Assembly: GCA_035299345.1 (NCBI GenBank)
Contig: DATGWU010000184.1
Coordinates: 1-50,976 of the forward strand
DNA from: Rhizobium sp.
Lineage (GTDB): Bacteria; Pseudomonadota; Alphaproteobacteria; Rhizobiales; Rhizobiaceae
Direction of reading: 5' to 3'
DNA: 50,976 nt
Positions 11,218-20,769 of the stretch are shown here, piece after piece. The notes beneath the pieces are model-generated. The model did not search any database. It saw nothing but the letters and a program-made list of their open reading frames with translations, and was not told where the DNA came from. Each line of letters begins with the position of its first letter. The stretch's first letter is position 1. The translations under genes were made by a program, and so were the position numbers.

Positions 11218-11275
11218 GGTTGCTCCGCTCGAATTGCCATTCATTTCCGTAAGAATTCACGCTGAGTGATCTTCA

Positions 11276-11306
11276 GCCCACCCCTGTTTCCCTGAAAAGG
11301 GGTGGG
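11276..11306 (-). terminator. Hairpin after the metA stop
   Basis: CCCACCCCT...AGGGGTGGG inverted repeat with a weak U-tract. Confidence 0.5.
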
Positions 11307-11319
11307 GCCATAGCCTCGA

Positions 11320-12249
11320 TCACGCCGATCGGTCGATGCCGATAGTGTTCAGATCATAAGGCGTCGTCTGGTAGATCTCGTTGATCCAATTTCCGAAAAA
11401 GAGATGCGCATGGCTGCGCCAGCGGTTCAACGGCCTCTTCGCGGGATCGTCGTCGGGGAAGTAGTTGTGCGGCACCTTGATCGCCACACCTGCCGCCACG
11501 TCGCGATTGTACTCGTCGGCCAAAGACGTCGAGTCGTACTCCACGTGGTTGAACATGTAGAGGCGGTTTGCCGTCTTCTCGTGTACGAGGCAGATACCCA
11601 TCTCGTCCGATTCCATCAGGATCTCGAGCCCCGGTACCTTCTCGATGTCGGACCGGCGCACCTCAGTCCAACGCGAGACGGGAATCTGGAAGTCGTCAGA
11701 AAAGCCGTTAAGGTACACGGAGGACGGATTCAGGATATGGTGGCGGTAGATCCCGAAGGCCTTCTCGCTCAGGAGATACTTCGGCACGCCGTGGAAGTGG
11801 TAGATGGCGGCCATCGCGCCCCAGCAGACATTCAGCGTCGAATGGACGTTGGTCGTCGTCCAGTCGAGAATCTGCTGCAGCTCGTCCCAGTAGGTAACCT
11901 CCTCGAAAGGCAGGGTCTCTATCGGTGCGCCGGTAATGATGAAGCCGTCAAATCTGCGATCCCTGACTTCCTCCCACGTCTGGTAGAAGGAAAGCAGATG
12001 GTCCTCGGGCGTGTTCTTGGCTTTATGCCCGCCGATACGAACGAGGGAAAGCTCTACTTGAAGCGGCGAGGCTCCGACGAGCCGCGCCATCTGCACCTCG
12101 GTCTTGATCTTGTTCGGCATGAGATTCAGAAGGCCGATCTGCAGGGGGCGTATGTCCTGACGGATCGCAACCGTTTCGGTCATCACGCGCACACCCTCGT
12201 GTACGAGAGTCTCAAAGGCAGGCAACGTATCGGGAATCTTTATCGGCAT
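11320..12249 (-). CDS. metA: MetA-family homoserine O-acyltransferase, probably acetyl-specific
   Basis: MPIKIPD, LLNLMP, ITGAPIE, catalytic CWGA and NHVEYD motifs. Confidence 0.96.
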   Translation of the reverse strand: MPIKIPDTLPAFETLVHEGVRVMTETVAIRQDIRPLQIGLLNLMPNKIKTEVQMARLVGASPLQVELSLVRIGGHKAKNTPEDHLLSFYQTWEEVRDRRFDGFIITGAPIETLPFEEVTYWDELQQILDWTTTNVHSTLNVCWGAMAAIYHFHGVPKYLLSEKAFGIYRHHILNPSSVYLNGFSDDFQIPVSRWTEVRRSDIEKVPGLEILMESDEMGICLVHEKTANRLYMFNHVEYDSTSLADEYNRDVAAGVAIKVPHNYFPDDDPAKRPLNRWRSHAHLFFGNWINEIYQTTPYDLNTIGIDRSA

Positions 12250-12360
12250 GTTCGAACTCGACTTTCCTTGCGGCGCAGTCGCAACCACGCATACAAAACT
12301 GCCGGCGACCTTGCAGATCGCCATTGGTCCTCGGAAAGTCCTTCGGAGCTCGCCTCGGCC

Positions 12361-12413
12361 CTTTAGCGATTTGTTTAACGTGGCTGCAAGCCGGCCGGCC
12401 AAATCACCACGAG
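12361..12413 (-). ncRNA. SAM-II (SAM-alpha) riboswitch
   Basis: CGTGGTGATTTGGCCGGCCGGCTTGCAGCCACGTTAAACAAATCGCTAAAG: P1 CGTGG/CCACG, pseudoknot GATTTG/CAAATC and GCTAAA tail, upstream of metA. Confidence 0.93.
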
Positions 12414-12419
12414 TGAGGT

Positions 12420-12448
12420 TAAATACGCTCACGCGCCTTTTCGGTCAA
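12420..12448 (-). promoter_or_regulatory. sigma70-type promoter for the SAM-II/metA transcript
   Basis: TTGACC-N17-TATTTA placed about 7 nt before the riboswitch 5' end. Confidence 0.7.
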
Positions 12449-12573
12449 CGGGAATCCAGGGGTGACAGGAGTTCGGAAGAGGCGTTGCAGCCTCCCTTCC
12501 GTACCGCGATGGCAAGTCGGCGTGGTCACCGATATTCTTTTCTTTTCGTGAGGAGATGCGCTATGGCGGGCGC

Positions 12574-13224
12574 ATGACGAAAACCACCTTCACCATCCTC
12601 CTCGGGGGACACCTGGTTCTGACTGAACGATTGGCGTCATCCGTCTCTGGCGGGCGCTTTATCGCGGCCGACGGTGGAATGCGCCATGCGTCGATGCTCG
12701 GCATCGTCCCGGAACTCTGGGTTGGTGACTTCGATTCGTCGCCGGAAGCCCTCGGAGAGGCCTGGCCGGACGTTGACCGGCTCCCATATCCGGCTCAAAA
12801 GGCAGAAACCGACGGTGCGCTTGCGATAGACGAGGCGATCCGGCGTGGCGCCGGCCGGCTGATTCTTGCAGGTGCGCTCGGAGGCGAGCGTTCGGATCAC
12901 GCCCTCATGCATCTCTTGCAGGCGTTGCAGCTCGCCAAGGAAGGATATGAAACGCTCCTGACCTCCGGCGAGGAAGAGGCCTATCCTCTGCTTCCGGGAA
13001 AGGTGACGGTGGACCTGCCGCCCGGTTCGTTGTTTTCAGTTATCGGGCTGTCGCCCCTTGCCGGGCTGTCGATCGAGAATGCGCGGTATCCGCTCCAGGA
13101 CTTCTCCTTGCCGCTGGGATCAACACGCACCATCTCGAACGTCGCCGAGGGAGCGATTACCTTGTCGCTCGACGGCGGGGAAGCAATGCTTCTCGCCCGT
13201 CCCTTTGATTTGACTGGAGCATGA
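12574..13224 (+). CDS. thiN: Thiamine diphosphokinase
   Basis: IAADGG, WVGDFDSS, KAETDG, GALGGERSDH and TRTISN motifs. Confidence 0.92.
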   Translation: MTKTTFTILLGGHLVLTERLASSVSGGRFIAADGGMRHASMLGIVPELWVGDFDSSPEALGEAWPDVDRLPYPAQKAETDGALAIDEAIRRGAGRLILAGALGGERSDHALMHLLQALQLAKEGYETLLTSGEEEAYPLLPGKVTVDLPPGSLFSVIGLSPLAGLSIENARYPLQDFSLPLGSTRTISNVAEGAITLSLDGGEAMLLARPFDLTGA

Positions 13225-13228
13225 ACCG

Positions 13229-15061
13229 TTGGCGCCGCCGATCCTCAAACTTGATAATATCTTCCTGTCTTTCGGCGGCACGCCGCTGCTTGCCGGAGCT
13301 AACCTGCAGGTAGAGCCGGGTGACCGCATCTGCCTTGTCGGTCGCAATGGCTCGGGAAAATCGACGTTGCTGAAAATCGCCGCCGGATTCGTAGAGCCGC
13401 AGTCCGGTGAGATTTTCCGGCATCCGAGCGCCACCGTCCGTTATCTCGAGCAGGCGCCCGATTTCGACGGATACGAAACCGTCCAGGCCTACGCCGAAGC
13501 CGGACTGGGGCCGGGAGACGATCCCTACCGGGTCGCCTATCTTCTGGAACACCTCGGTTTGACCGGGCAGGAGGACCCCAGAAGCCTTTCGGGCGGGGAG
13601 GCCCGCAGGGCGGCACTGGCGCGTGTTCTGGCGCCCGAACCTGATATTCTGCTGCTCGACGAACCGACCAACCACCTCGACCTGCCGACCATCGAGTGGC
13701 TCGAAGGCGAGCTTCAAAAGAGCCGTAGTGCCCTCGTGCTGATCTCCCATGACCGCCGTTTTCTCGAGAAGGTCTCGACTGCGACGGTCTGGCTCGATCG
13801 CGGCACAGCGCGTCGTCTCAACCGTGGCTTCGGTGACTTCGAGGAATGGCGCGACAAGGTCCTCGAGGAAGAGGAGATCGAACAACATAAACTCGGCAAG
13901 GCGATCGAGAGAGAAGAGCATTGGCTCCGCTACGGCGTTACGGCGCGGCGTAAACGCAATATGCGTCGTCTCGGCCAATTGCAGGCGATGCGCGCGGACT
14001 ATCGTGGACACAGAGGGCCGCAGGGGACCGTGCAGGCAAACCTTGCCGACGCACGCGATTCCGGAAAGCTGGTCATAGAAGCGGAACGGATCACCAAGAC
14101 GTATGGTGGACGCACGATCGTCGCCCCGTTCTCGATCCGCGTTCACCGCGGTGATTGCATTGGTCTCGTCGGGCCGAACGGTGCCGGCAAGACGACGCTC
14201 CTGAAGATGCTGACAGGCCAGTTGGAGCCTGACAGCGGAACCGTGAAGCTCGGGACTAACCTCGAAATTGCGGTGCTTGACCAGAAGCGCGAGGATCTCA
14301 ATTCCGACGACACCCTGGCTCACTATCTAACCGACGGTCGGGGTGAGAATCTTCTCGTCAACGGCGAGCAGCGGCACGTGACCGGCTACATGAAAGATTT
14401 TCTGTTCCAGCCCGAACAGGCGCGCACGCCGATCCGGAACCTGTCAGGCGGCGAGCGGGCGCGGTTGATGCTGGCGCGCATCATGGCAAGGCCGTCAAAC
14501 CTGCTGATCCTCGACGAGCCGACGAACGACCTCGATATCGAGACGCTTGATCTGTTGCAGGAGATCGTCGCCGGCTATGCCGGTACGGTCATCCTCGTCA
14601 GCCACGATCGCGACTTCCTCGATCGCACCGTCACCTCGACGATTGCGCCGGCCGACCCGGAGCAGCCGGACGGTCGCTGGATCGAATATGCCGGCGGCTA
14701 CTCCGATATGCTGGCGCAAAGAAAAGGCGCCGAGGACGAACGTCGCCGTGCTGTAAGGATAGACAAAGGGAAAATGCAGGAAGGCGGCGCGAAGTCGTCC
14801 GAGGAGGCAGCCCCCAGGAATAAAGCCAAGCTCTCGTACAAGCAGAAGTTCGCGCTGGAGAACCTGCCGAAGGAGATCGCAAAGGCTGAGGGGGAGATTG
14901 CCGTTCGCGAAGCAAAAATGGCGGATCCAGGCTTGTTCTCTCGGGATGCGGCAACGTTCAACCGGCTGGCGGCCGAGGTGGAAAAGCTGCGAGGCGACCT
15001 TACGCGAATGGAGGAAGAGTGGCTCGAACTGGAGATGCTGCGCGAAGAACTCGAAGGTTGA
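13229..15061 (+). CDS. uup: ABC-F family ATPase, Uup-like
   Basis: Two intact ABC cassettes (GRNGSGKS, GPNGAGKT, LSGGE, DEPTN), linker GVTARRKRN, C-terminal coiled coil with EEEWLEL, no TM segments; TTG start with GGAG RBS. Confidence 0.88.
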   Translation: MAPPILKLDNIFLSFGGTPLLAGANLQVEPGDRICLVGRNGSGKSTLLKIAAGFVEPQSGEIFRHPSATVRYLEQAPDFDGYETVQAYAEAGLGPGDDPYRVAYLLEHLGLTGQEDPRSLSGGEARRAALARVLAPEPDILLLDEPTNHLDLPTIEWLEGELQKSRSALVLISHDRRFLEKVSTATVWLDRGTARRLNRGFGDFEEWRDKVLEEEEIEQHKLGKAIEREEHWLRYGVTARRKRNMRRLGQLQAMRADYRGHRGPQGTVQANLADARDSGKLVIEAERITKTYGGRTIVAPFSIRVHRGDCIGLVGPNGAGKTTLLKMLTGQLEPDSGTVKLGTNLEIAVLDQKREDLNSDDTLAHYLTDGRGENLLVNGEQRHVTGYMKDFLFQPEQARTPIRNLSGGERARLMLARIMARPSNLLILDEPTNDLDIETLDLLQEIVAGYAGTVILVSHDRDFLDRTVTSTIAPADPEQPDGRWIEYAGGYSDMLAQRKGAEDERRRAVRIDKGKMQEGGAKSSEEAAPRNKAKLSYKQKFALENLPKEIAKAEGEIAVREAKMADPGLFSRDAATFNRLAAEVEKLRGDLTRMEEEWLELEMLREELEG

Positions 15062-15064
15062 AGA

Positions 15065-16840
15065 TTAGAGAGCAAGGGTTGTCTGCGGGAGCGCTTCCAG
15101 ATGCAGCAGCCTCGGAGACATGGTGTCATAGAAGGCGCCGGATCTGCCGATGTAGATAAGTGTGGCCTCCTGCAATTCGTTCATGATTGACGACAGCCGT
15201 TCGACGGTTTCGGGCTCCAAGCCTTCGAGGACATCGTTGAAGACGATCCATTTCGGGCGGCGGAGCAGCAGATTGGCGAACGCAAGCAGCATTTGCTCGT
15301 CCTTTTCGAGCCGGCGGTCCCATCGGGCGTGTTCATCGAGGGACTTCGTGAGTTCGTGAAGGCCGACGCGCGTCAGCGCCGCAGCGATCTCCTCTTCGGA
15401 GAACGCCGAGGCCGCGGCCGGGAACAGCAGGGCGTCTCGTAACGGTCCTTCGGGCAGGTAGTCCAGTTGCGGAACGAAGAGAATTTCCTGTTCCGGAAGG
15501 TCTATCGATCCGCCTCCCCACGGCCAGAGTCCGGCGAGAGCATCGAAGAGCAGTTTCCGATTGACGCCCTGGTCGCCGTTGATCATGACCCTCTCGCCAA
15601 AGTTGATGACGGGATCCGGTTCGCGCAGGCGAAAGGCGTGCTCGCAGCTGTTGCCGTTTGGCTTTGCGCAGATCGTCATGCTCCGGAAAGCAAGCTGTTC
15701 CGCTGTCCCACGCTCCAGCAGGACTTCGCTTCCCTCGGGGTGGAAATCATCCATGTCGACGAGCGCTGCCCTGAAACTCATTACGCGCAGGAGGGTCGCC
15801 TTCCAGTCTGCGATAGAGTCGAAATTGTTGACGTACCAGCGCAGCGCCGAGTGGACCTGGTTGAAAGCGGCCGCCGACATCATCAATTCACCAAAGCTCA
15901 TGGTCCCGGCGAAATAGGCCGGAGACGCGATCAAGGTCGGGACAACGAGCGCGAGCCAGCCGAAGCCGGCGGTAACCCAGGTCAGATTGGTGAGCGCCAT
16001 TGCGAGCTGACGGATCAGCGCTACAACGTCATCTATCTTGGAATGGATGCGCTGGCGCTGGTTCTCCTCGCCGCGTGCAAGTGCGATCGCTTCGAGATTC
16101 TCGTTCGTGCGCATCAGAGAGAAGCGCAGGTCTGCTTCGCGGGCGTACCGTTCGGCATTGATGCGGGTGAGGCGAAAGCCGACGAGATTGCTGGCCAGTG
16201 AGGCGATGCTTGCATAGAAGATTGCCCCCCAGACCATATATCCGGGAATCGAGAAGCTCGTATCGCCGACATGAAAAACGAAGCCGCTCGACAGCTGCCA
16301 AAGCACACCAATGAAGCTGATGAGCAAGATCGTTGCCTGGACGAGGCCGATCGTGAGCGAAGTGGTCATTTCGGAGAGCTTGCGGGCATCTTCGTGCAGG
16401 CGCTGGTCAGGGTTGACGCCAAGGGGGCTTGAAAGCGAAAGCCGATACGCTCGCCGGTCGGTCAGCCACTGGTCGACAATATCGCGCGACAGACCTTCCC
16501 GCATGTAGAGCGCCGCCGTCTGATTGAGCCAGGTCTGTACGACGTTGAGCAACAGAAGGAAGCCGGCGATAAATGCAAAGTTCTTCAACTGGACGATGAA
16601 TTCGGGCAAGTCGCGGCGTTCCAGCGAATTGTAGAAAGGCGCATTCCATCGGTTCAGAAGGACCTGGCCGTAGGCCGTGAGGAGAATGATCGTCAGCAAG
16701 GCGGCCGCAACGAGAAGGATCCGATTGCGTACCGGCGACTCCCAGAAGGATGTCGCCGCAATCGCAATCTGCCGTTTGAAGCCGATCTCGTAGGTCGTCT
16801 CGGCGGCTCCGGATCGTCCTAGTGGCTCTGCATTGGTCAT
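15065..16840 (-). CDS. Fused ABC transporter permease/NBD (YddA/ExsE/BacA-like TMD) with degenerate ATPase motifs
   Basis: WN..FYNSLE, NPDQRLHED and READLRFSLMR TMD motifs; LAGLWPWG and PQ.DYLPEG.LR NBD scaffold; Walker A/B and signature degenerate. Confidence 0.85.
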   Translation of the reverse strand: MTNAEPLGRSGAAETTYEIGFKRQIAIAATSFWESPVRNRILLVAAALLTIILLTAYGQVLLNRWNAPFYNSLERRDLPEFIVQLKNFAFIAGFLLLLNVVQTWLNQTAALYMREGLSRDIVDQWLTDRRAYRLSLSSPLGVNPDQRLHEDARKLSEMTTSLTIGLVQATILLISFIGVLWQLSSGFVFHVGDTSFSIPGYMVWGAIFYASIASLASNLVGFRLTRINAERYAREADLRFSLMRTNENLEAIALARGEENQRQRIHSKIDDVVALIRQLAMALTNLTWVTAGFGWLALVVPTLIASPAYFAGTMSFGELMMSAAAFNQVHSALRWYVNNFDSIADWKATLLRVMSFRAALVDMDDFHPEGSEVLLERGTAEQLAFRSMTICAKPNGNSCEHAFRLREPDPVINFGERVMINGDQGVNRKLLFDALAGLWPWGGGSIDLPEQEILFVPQLDYLPEGPLRDALLFPAAASAFSEEEIAAALTRVGLHELTKSLDEHARWDRRLEKDEQMLLAFANLLLRRPKWIVFNDVLEGLEPETVERLSSIMNELQEATLIYIGRSGAFYDTMSPRLLHLEALPQTTLAL

Positions 16841-17042
16841 GGGTCAGGCTCTTCCGCGCACCAGATGGCTGGATAGTACAGGCCAAGCACTTGCCGATCG
16901 GTTGATAAGCTGATTGCTGTGGCATGAAAAAGGCGGAGAGGGCAAGCTTCCGTCGGATTGGCCCATTGAAAGCCGAGACAATCCGGCTGAACAGCCGTGG
17001 TGCGCTTGCGTGACGCGAGATGCCGCGCTATTTCTGCCATGC

Positions 17043-17141
17043 TCTAACGGGGTGCCAAAAAGGTTCTTCATGACTTGCTGGCTGAGAGGTGAACACCAAC
17101 CCGCGGAACCTGATCCGGCTCGAACCGGCGGAGGGATTAGA
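17043..17141 (+). ncRNA. TPP riboswitch (THI element)
   Basis: GGGGTGCC...GCTGAGA...AACCCGCGGAACCTGATCCGGCTCGAACCGGCGGAGGGA core, P1 TCTAA/TTAGA, upstream of thiBPQ. Confidence 0.95.
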
Positions 17142-17190
17142 CGCGTATAGACGCCCTTTTCCCGGAAACTAACACGAAGGAGGGGCGCCT

Positions 17191-18219
17191 ATGCGAACCA
17201 TGATATCCGTTCTTTCCGGCCGTGCGCATGTAGCCGCGGCGGCAATTGTCATGCTGTCGTCCGTTTCCGCTTCGGCAGCCGACAAGACGTTGACGATTTA
17301 TACCTACGAGAGCTTCATTTCCGAATGGGGCCCGGGCCCGAAGGTCAAGGAAGCTTTCGAGAAAACCTGCGAATGCCAGGTGGATTTTGTTGGCGTGGCG
17401 GACGGCGTTGCTCTGTTGACGCGTCTGAAACTGGAAGGCGATACGAGCAAGGCCGACCTCGTTCTCGGGCTCGACACCAATCTCGTCGCGGAGGCGAAAC
17501 AGACCGGCTTTTTCGACGTACATGGGGTCGATACCTCGGCAGCCAAGGTTCCCGGCGGCTTCTCCGACGACACCTTCGTTCCGTATGATTACGGTCATTT
17601 CGCGGTCGTTTACGACACACAGACATTGAAGATGCCTCCGAAGAGCATGAAGGAACTCGTGGAGGGGGATCCTTCGCAGAAAATCGTGATCGAGGATCCC
17701 CGGACGTCGACGCCGGGACTTGGTTTGTTGCTCTGGGTGAAATCGATCTACGGCGATGAGGCGCCGGCCGCCTGGCAGAAGCTGAGAGGGCGCATCCTGA
17801 CTGTGACGCCGGGCTGGTCGGAAGCCTACGGCCTGTTCACCAAAGGTGAGGTGCCGATGGTGCTCTCCTACACGACGTCGCCCGCTTACCATATGGTGGC
17901 TGAGGAAACTGACCGTTACCAGGCTGCGGCCTTCTCTGAAGGCCATTACATCCAGATCGAAGTCGCCGGCCTGCTGAAGCAGGCACCCCAGAAGGACCTC
18001 GCGCGCGCGTTCCTCAAGTTCATGCTCAGTCCCGCGTTCCAGGATACCATTCCGACGAACAACTGGATGATGCCCGCCGCACAGATATCGGAGCCGCTGC
18101 CGGAGGCATTCGGAAAGCTCGTCGATCCTTCCAAGACGTTCCTGATGTCGCCGGAGGAGGTTGCGTCCAACCGGAAGGCCTGGATTGACGAGTGGCTGGC
18201 AGCAATGACGCTCAAGTAA
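17191..18219 (+). CDS. thiB: Thiamine ABC transporter substrate-binding protein
   Basis: Signal peptide, [34 protein letters not shown] and SYTTSPAYH motifs. Confidence 0.95.
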   Translation: MRTMISVLSGRAHVAAAAIVMLSSVSASAADKTLTIYTYESFISEWGPGPKVKEAFEKTCECQVDFVGVADGVALLTRLKLEGDTSKADLVLGLDTNLVAEAKQTGFFDVHGVDTSAAKVPGGFSDDTFVPYDYGHFAVVYDTQTLKMPPKSMKELVEGDPSQKIVIEDPRTSTPGLGLLLWVKSIYGDEAPAAWQKLRGRILTVTPGWSEAYGLFTKGEVPMVLSYTTSPAYHMVAEETDRYQAAAFSEGHYIQIEVAGLLKQAPQKDLARAFLKFMLSPAFQDTIPTNNWMMPAAQISEPLPEAFGKLVDPSKTFLMSPEEVASNRKAWIDEWLAAMTLK

Positions 18220-18223
18220 TCCC

Positions 18224-19867
18224 ATGCTGGGACGACGGCAACGTCTGACGGGTTTTCTTGGCGGTGCGTTCAGTCTTGCTGCCATCGGAACGTTTGTCGG
18301 TGTCGCCGTCCTGGCGCTGCTTCGCTATGGCGGGGACAGTGGCTTCACAGTTCTTATCTCCGATCCACTGCTCCTGTCCGTGCTGCGCTTTACCCTGCTG
18401 CAGGCGGCTCTCTCGACGGCGCTCTCGGTAACGCTGGCGATTCCGGTTGCGAGATCGCTCGCTCGCCAGACGCGTTTTCCCGGACGCATATGGGTGATCC
18501 GGCTCCTCGCGGTACCGATGGGGCTTCCTGTTCTGATCGGCGCTCTTGGGTTGATCGGCATCTGGGGGCGGCAGGGCCTGCTCAACGACGGACTGTTGTT
18601 CCTTGGCAAGGCGGAGCCGGTCAGCATTTATGGCCTCGGCGGCATCTTGCTCGCACACGTCTTCTTCAATCTGCCGCTTGCAGCACGGTTGATGCTTGCC
18701 GGACTCGAGCGCTTGCCGTCCGAGTATTGGCTGATGAGTGCGACGCTTGGCATGAAGCCACGGGCGATCTTCCGCTTCATCGAATGGCCTGCGCTGCGCC
18801 CACTTATCCCCGGCATCGCCGGCCTCGTCTTCATGCTATGTGCCACGAGCTTCACGCTTGTGCTGGTTCTCGGAGGTGGCCCTGCCGCCACGACTCTCGA
18901 GGTCGCGATCTATCAGGCCCTTCGGTTCGATTTTGATCCGGAACGGGCGGTTTCGCTTGCCTTCTTGCAGATCGCCGTCACGACCCTGGTCCTGATGGCG
19001 ATGGCCATCTTTCCTGCGCCGGAGGAGTACGGGCAGACGCTTGGCAAGCCGTCACGGCGGTTCGACGGAGCGAGCCCCATCGTGCGTCTTTCGGATGGTA
19101 CCGTGCTCGTCGGCGCCGTGTTGTTTCTCGCTCTTCCGCTCGGTTCAGTCGTGGTCTCCGGGCTGAGGGCCGACCTCTTCAAGCTCTTGACCGAGGCGGC
19201 ATTTCTGCGGGCCGCAGCGACAAGCTTGGCAATCGCACTCGGCTCGGCGTTATTGGCACTCGCGCTTGCGCTGGCGACACTCCATGCGCAAACGGTGATC
19301 AGTCTTTTGCGGCGTCCTTCGCTGACCATGAGCGGCGTCTCGGCATTGCTGTCGGGCGTGTCCTCTCTCGTATTGTTGGTCCCGACGGTCGTGCTCGCCA
19401 CGGGCTGGTTCATGGCTTTGAGATCAATGGGGGACATCGCTAGTTTTGCACCGGTGGTCGTCGTCGGTATCAATGCGTTGATGGCCCTGCCTTTCGTCAT
19501 GCGGGTCGTGGCGCCTGCACTGGAAATCCACCGTGCCGCAACGGGACGTCTGGTTCTGAGCCTGGGTATCCATGGGTTTTCGAAGCTGCGACTAATCGAC
19601 TGGCCGCTTCTCAGGAAGCCGTTGCTGACAGCCCTTTCCTTCGCCATGGCGCTCTCACTCGGTGATCTTGGGGCCGTGGCCCTGTTCGGTTCGGAGAAAG
19701 TCACGACATTGCCGTGGCTGATCTACAGTCGTATGGGGCACTATCGCACCAACGATGCCGACGGACTCGCCTTGATTCTCGGTATGATCTGCCTGTTTCT
19801 AACCCTCGCCGGAACCACCGGCGTCCAGCCGCGGAAGGACGAGGCGGAGAATGCCGGACGAATCTGA
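18224..19867 (+). CDS. thiP: Thiamine ABC transporter permease
   Basis: Duplicated permease domains, FTLLQA, HVFFNLP and LGGGPAATTLEVAIYQ motifs. Confidence 0.94.
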   Translation: MLGRRQRLTGFLGGAFSLAAIGTFVGVAVLALLRYGGDSGFTVLISDPLLLSVLRFTLLQAALSTALSVTLAIPVARSLARQTRFPGRIWVIRLLAVPMGLPVLIGALGLIGIWGRQGLLNDGLLFLGKAEPVSIYGLGGILLAHVFFNLPLAARLMLAGLERLPSEYWLMSATLGMKPRAIFRFIEWPALRPLIPGIAGLVFMLCATSFTLVLVLGGGPAATTLEVAIYQALRFDFDPERAVSLAFLQIAVTTLVLMAMAIFPAPEEYGQTLGKPSRRFDGASPIVRLSDGTVLVGAVLFLALPLGSVVVSGLRADLFKLLTEAAFLRAAATSLAIALGSALLALALALATLHAQTVISLLRRPSLTMSGVSALLSGVSSLVLLVPTVVLATGWFMALRSMGDIASFAPVVVVGINALMALPFVMRVVAPALEIHRAATGRLVLSLGIHGFSKLRLIDWPLLRKPLLTALSFAMALSLGDLGAVALFGSEKVTTLPWLIYSRMGHYRTNDADGLALILGMICLFLTLAGTTGVQPRKDEAENAGRI

Positions 19868-20567
19868 TGCCGTTGTCCTCGACAATGTCCAGCTCCGGCT
19901 CGGAGCGCAGGAGTTTTCGTTCGACTGCCGAATTCCCAAGGGAGCGATTACTGCCGTTGCCGGACCCTCCGGTTCGGGAAAATCGACTCTGCTTAACCTA
20001 ATTGCTGGGTTCGAGACACCGAGTCACGGTCGGCTGTTGATCGAAGGAGAGGATGTGCGCGGCCTCCTGCCGTCTGATCGGCCGGTTTCGCTCGTCTTTC
20101 AGGACAACAATCTTTTCGCCCACCTTGATCTGTTCACGAACGTCGGGCTCGGAATCAATCCGGCTCTCCACCTCGGAGCGAGGGACCGGGAGATGGTATC
20201 GACGGCATTGAAGCGCGTTGGTCTGGAGGGTTTCGAGCGCCGTCGCCCTTCGACACTTTCGGGGGGCGAGCGCCAGCGTGCCGCTTTCGCAAGAGCGCTC
20301 GTGCGGCGCAAACCGGTGCTGCTTTTGGACGAGCCCTTCGCGGCCCTGGATCCGGGATTGCGATCGGTGATGGCGGACCTTCTTGAAGATCTGCATCGCG
20401 AAACGCGCAACACGGTGGTGATTATCACCCACGATGCGGACGAGGTGGCGCGCCTTGCGGAGCACGTGCTCTTCGTCGATGGGGGACGAATTTCCTTTTC
20501 CGGTCCAGTCAACGTGTTTCTCGAGCGCCGCGATATCGAAGCCGTCAGAGCGTTTCTCGGTGGGTGA
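19851..20567 (+). CDS. thiQ: Thiamine ABC transporter ATPase
   Basis: GPSGSGKS, FQDNNLFAHL, LSGGERQR and LLDEPFAALDP motifs; overlaps the thiP end. Confidence 0.94.
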   Translation: MPDESDAVVLDNVQLRLGAQEFSFDCRIPKGAITAVAGPSGSGKSTLLNLIAGFETPSHGRLLIEGEDVRGLLPSDRPVSLVFQDNNLFAHLDLFTNVGLGINPALHLGARDREMVSTALKRVGLEGFERRRPSTLSGGERQRAAFARALVRRKPVLLLDEPFAALDPGLRSVMADLLEDLHRETRNTVVIITHDADEVARLAEHVLFVDGGRISFSGPVNVFLERRDIEAVRAFLGG

Positions 20568-20769
20568 GGCAGAGTGTTGCATCTGGGTGCCGTCGCCATA
20601 ATTTGGACGTGCCCCAGTGGCATTCGCAGCTCGGATGATGCATTTTCCGCATACATGCCTCGGTATCGTCTTACCGGAGAAGGCTCCTTTTCCTATATGC
20701 TGGTTGTGGTTGCCGGTTGAATGATGTTGTTTCGGGCATATCGAAGACACGAAGAACACGCAGCTGGTA

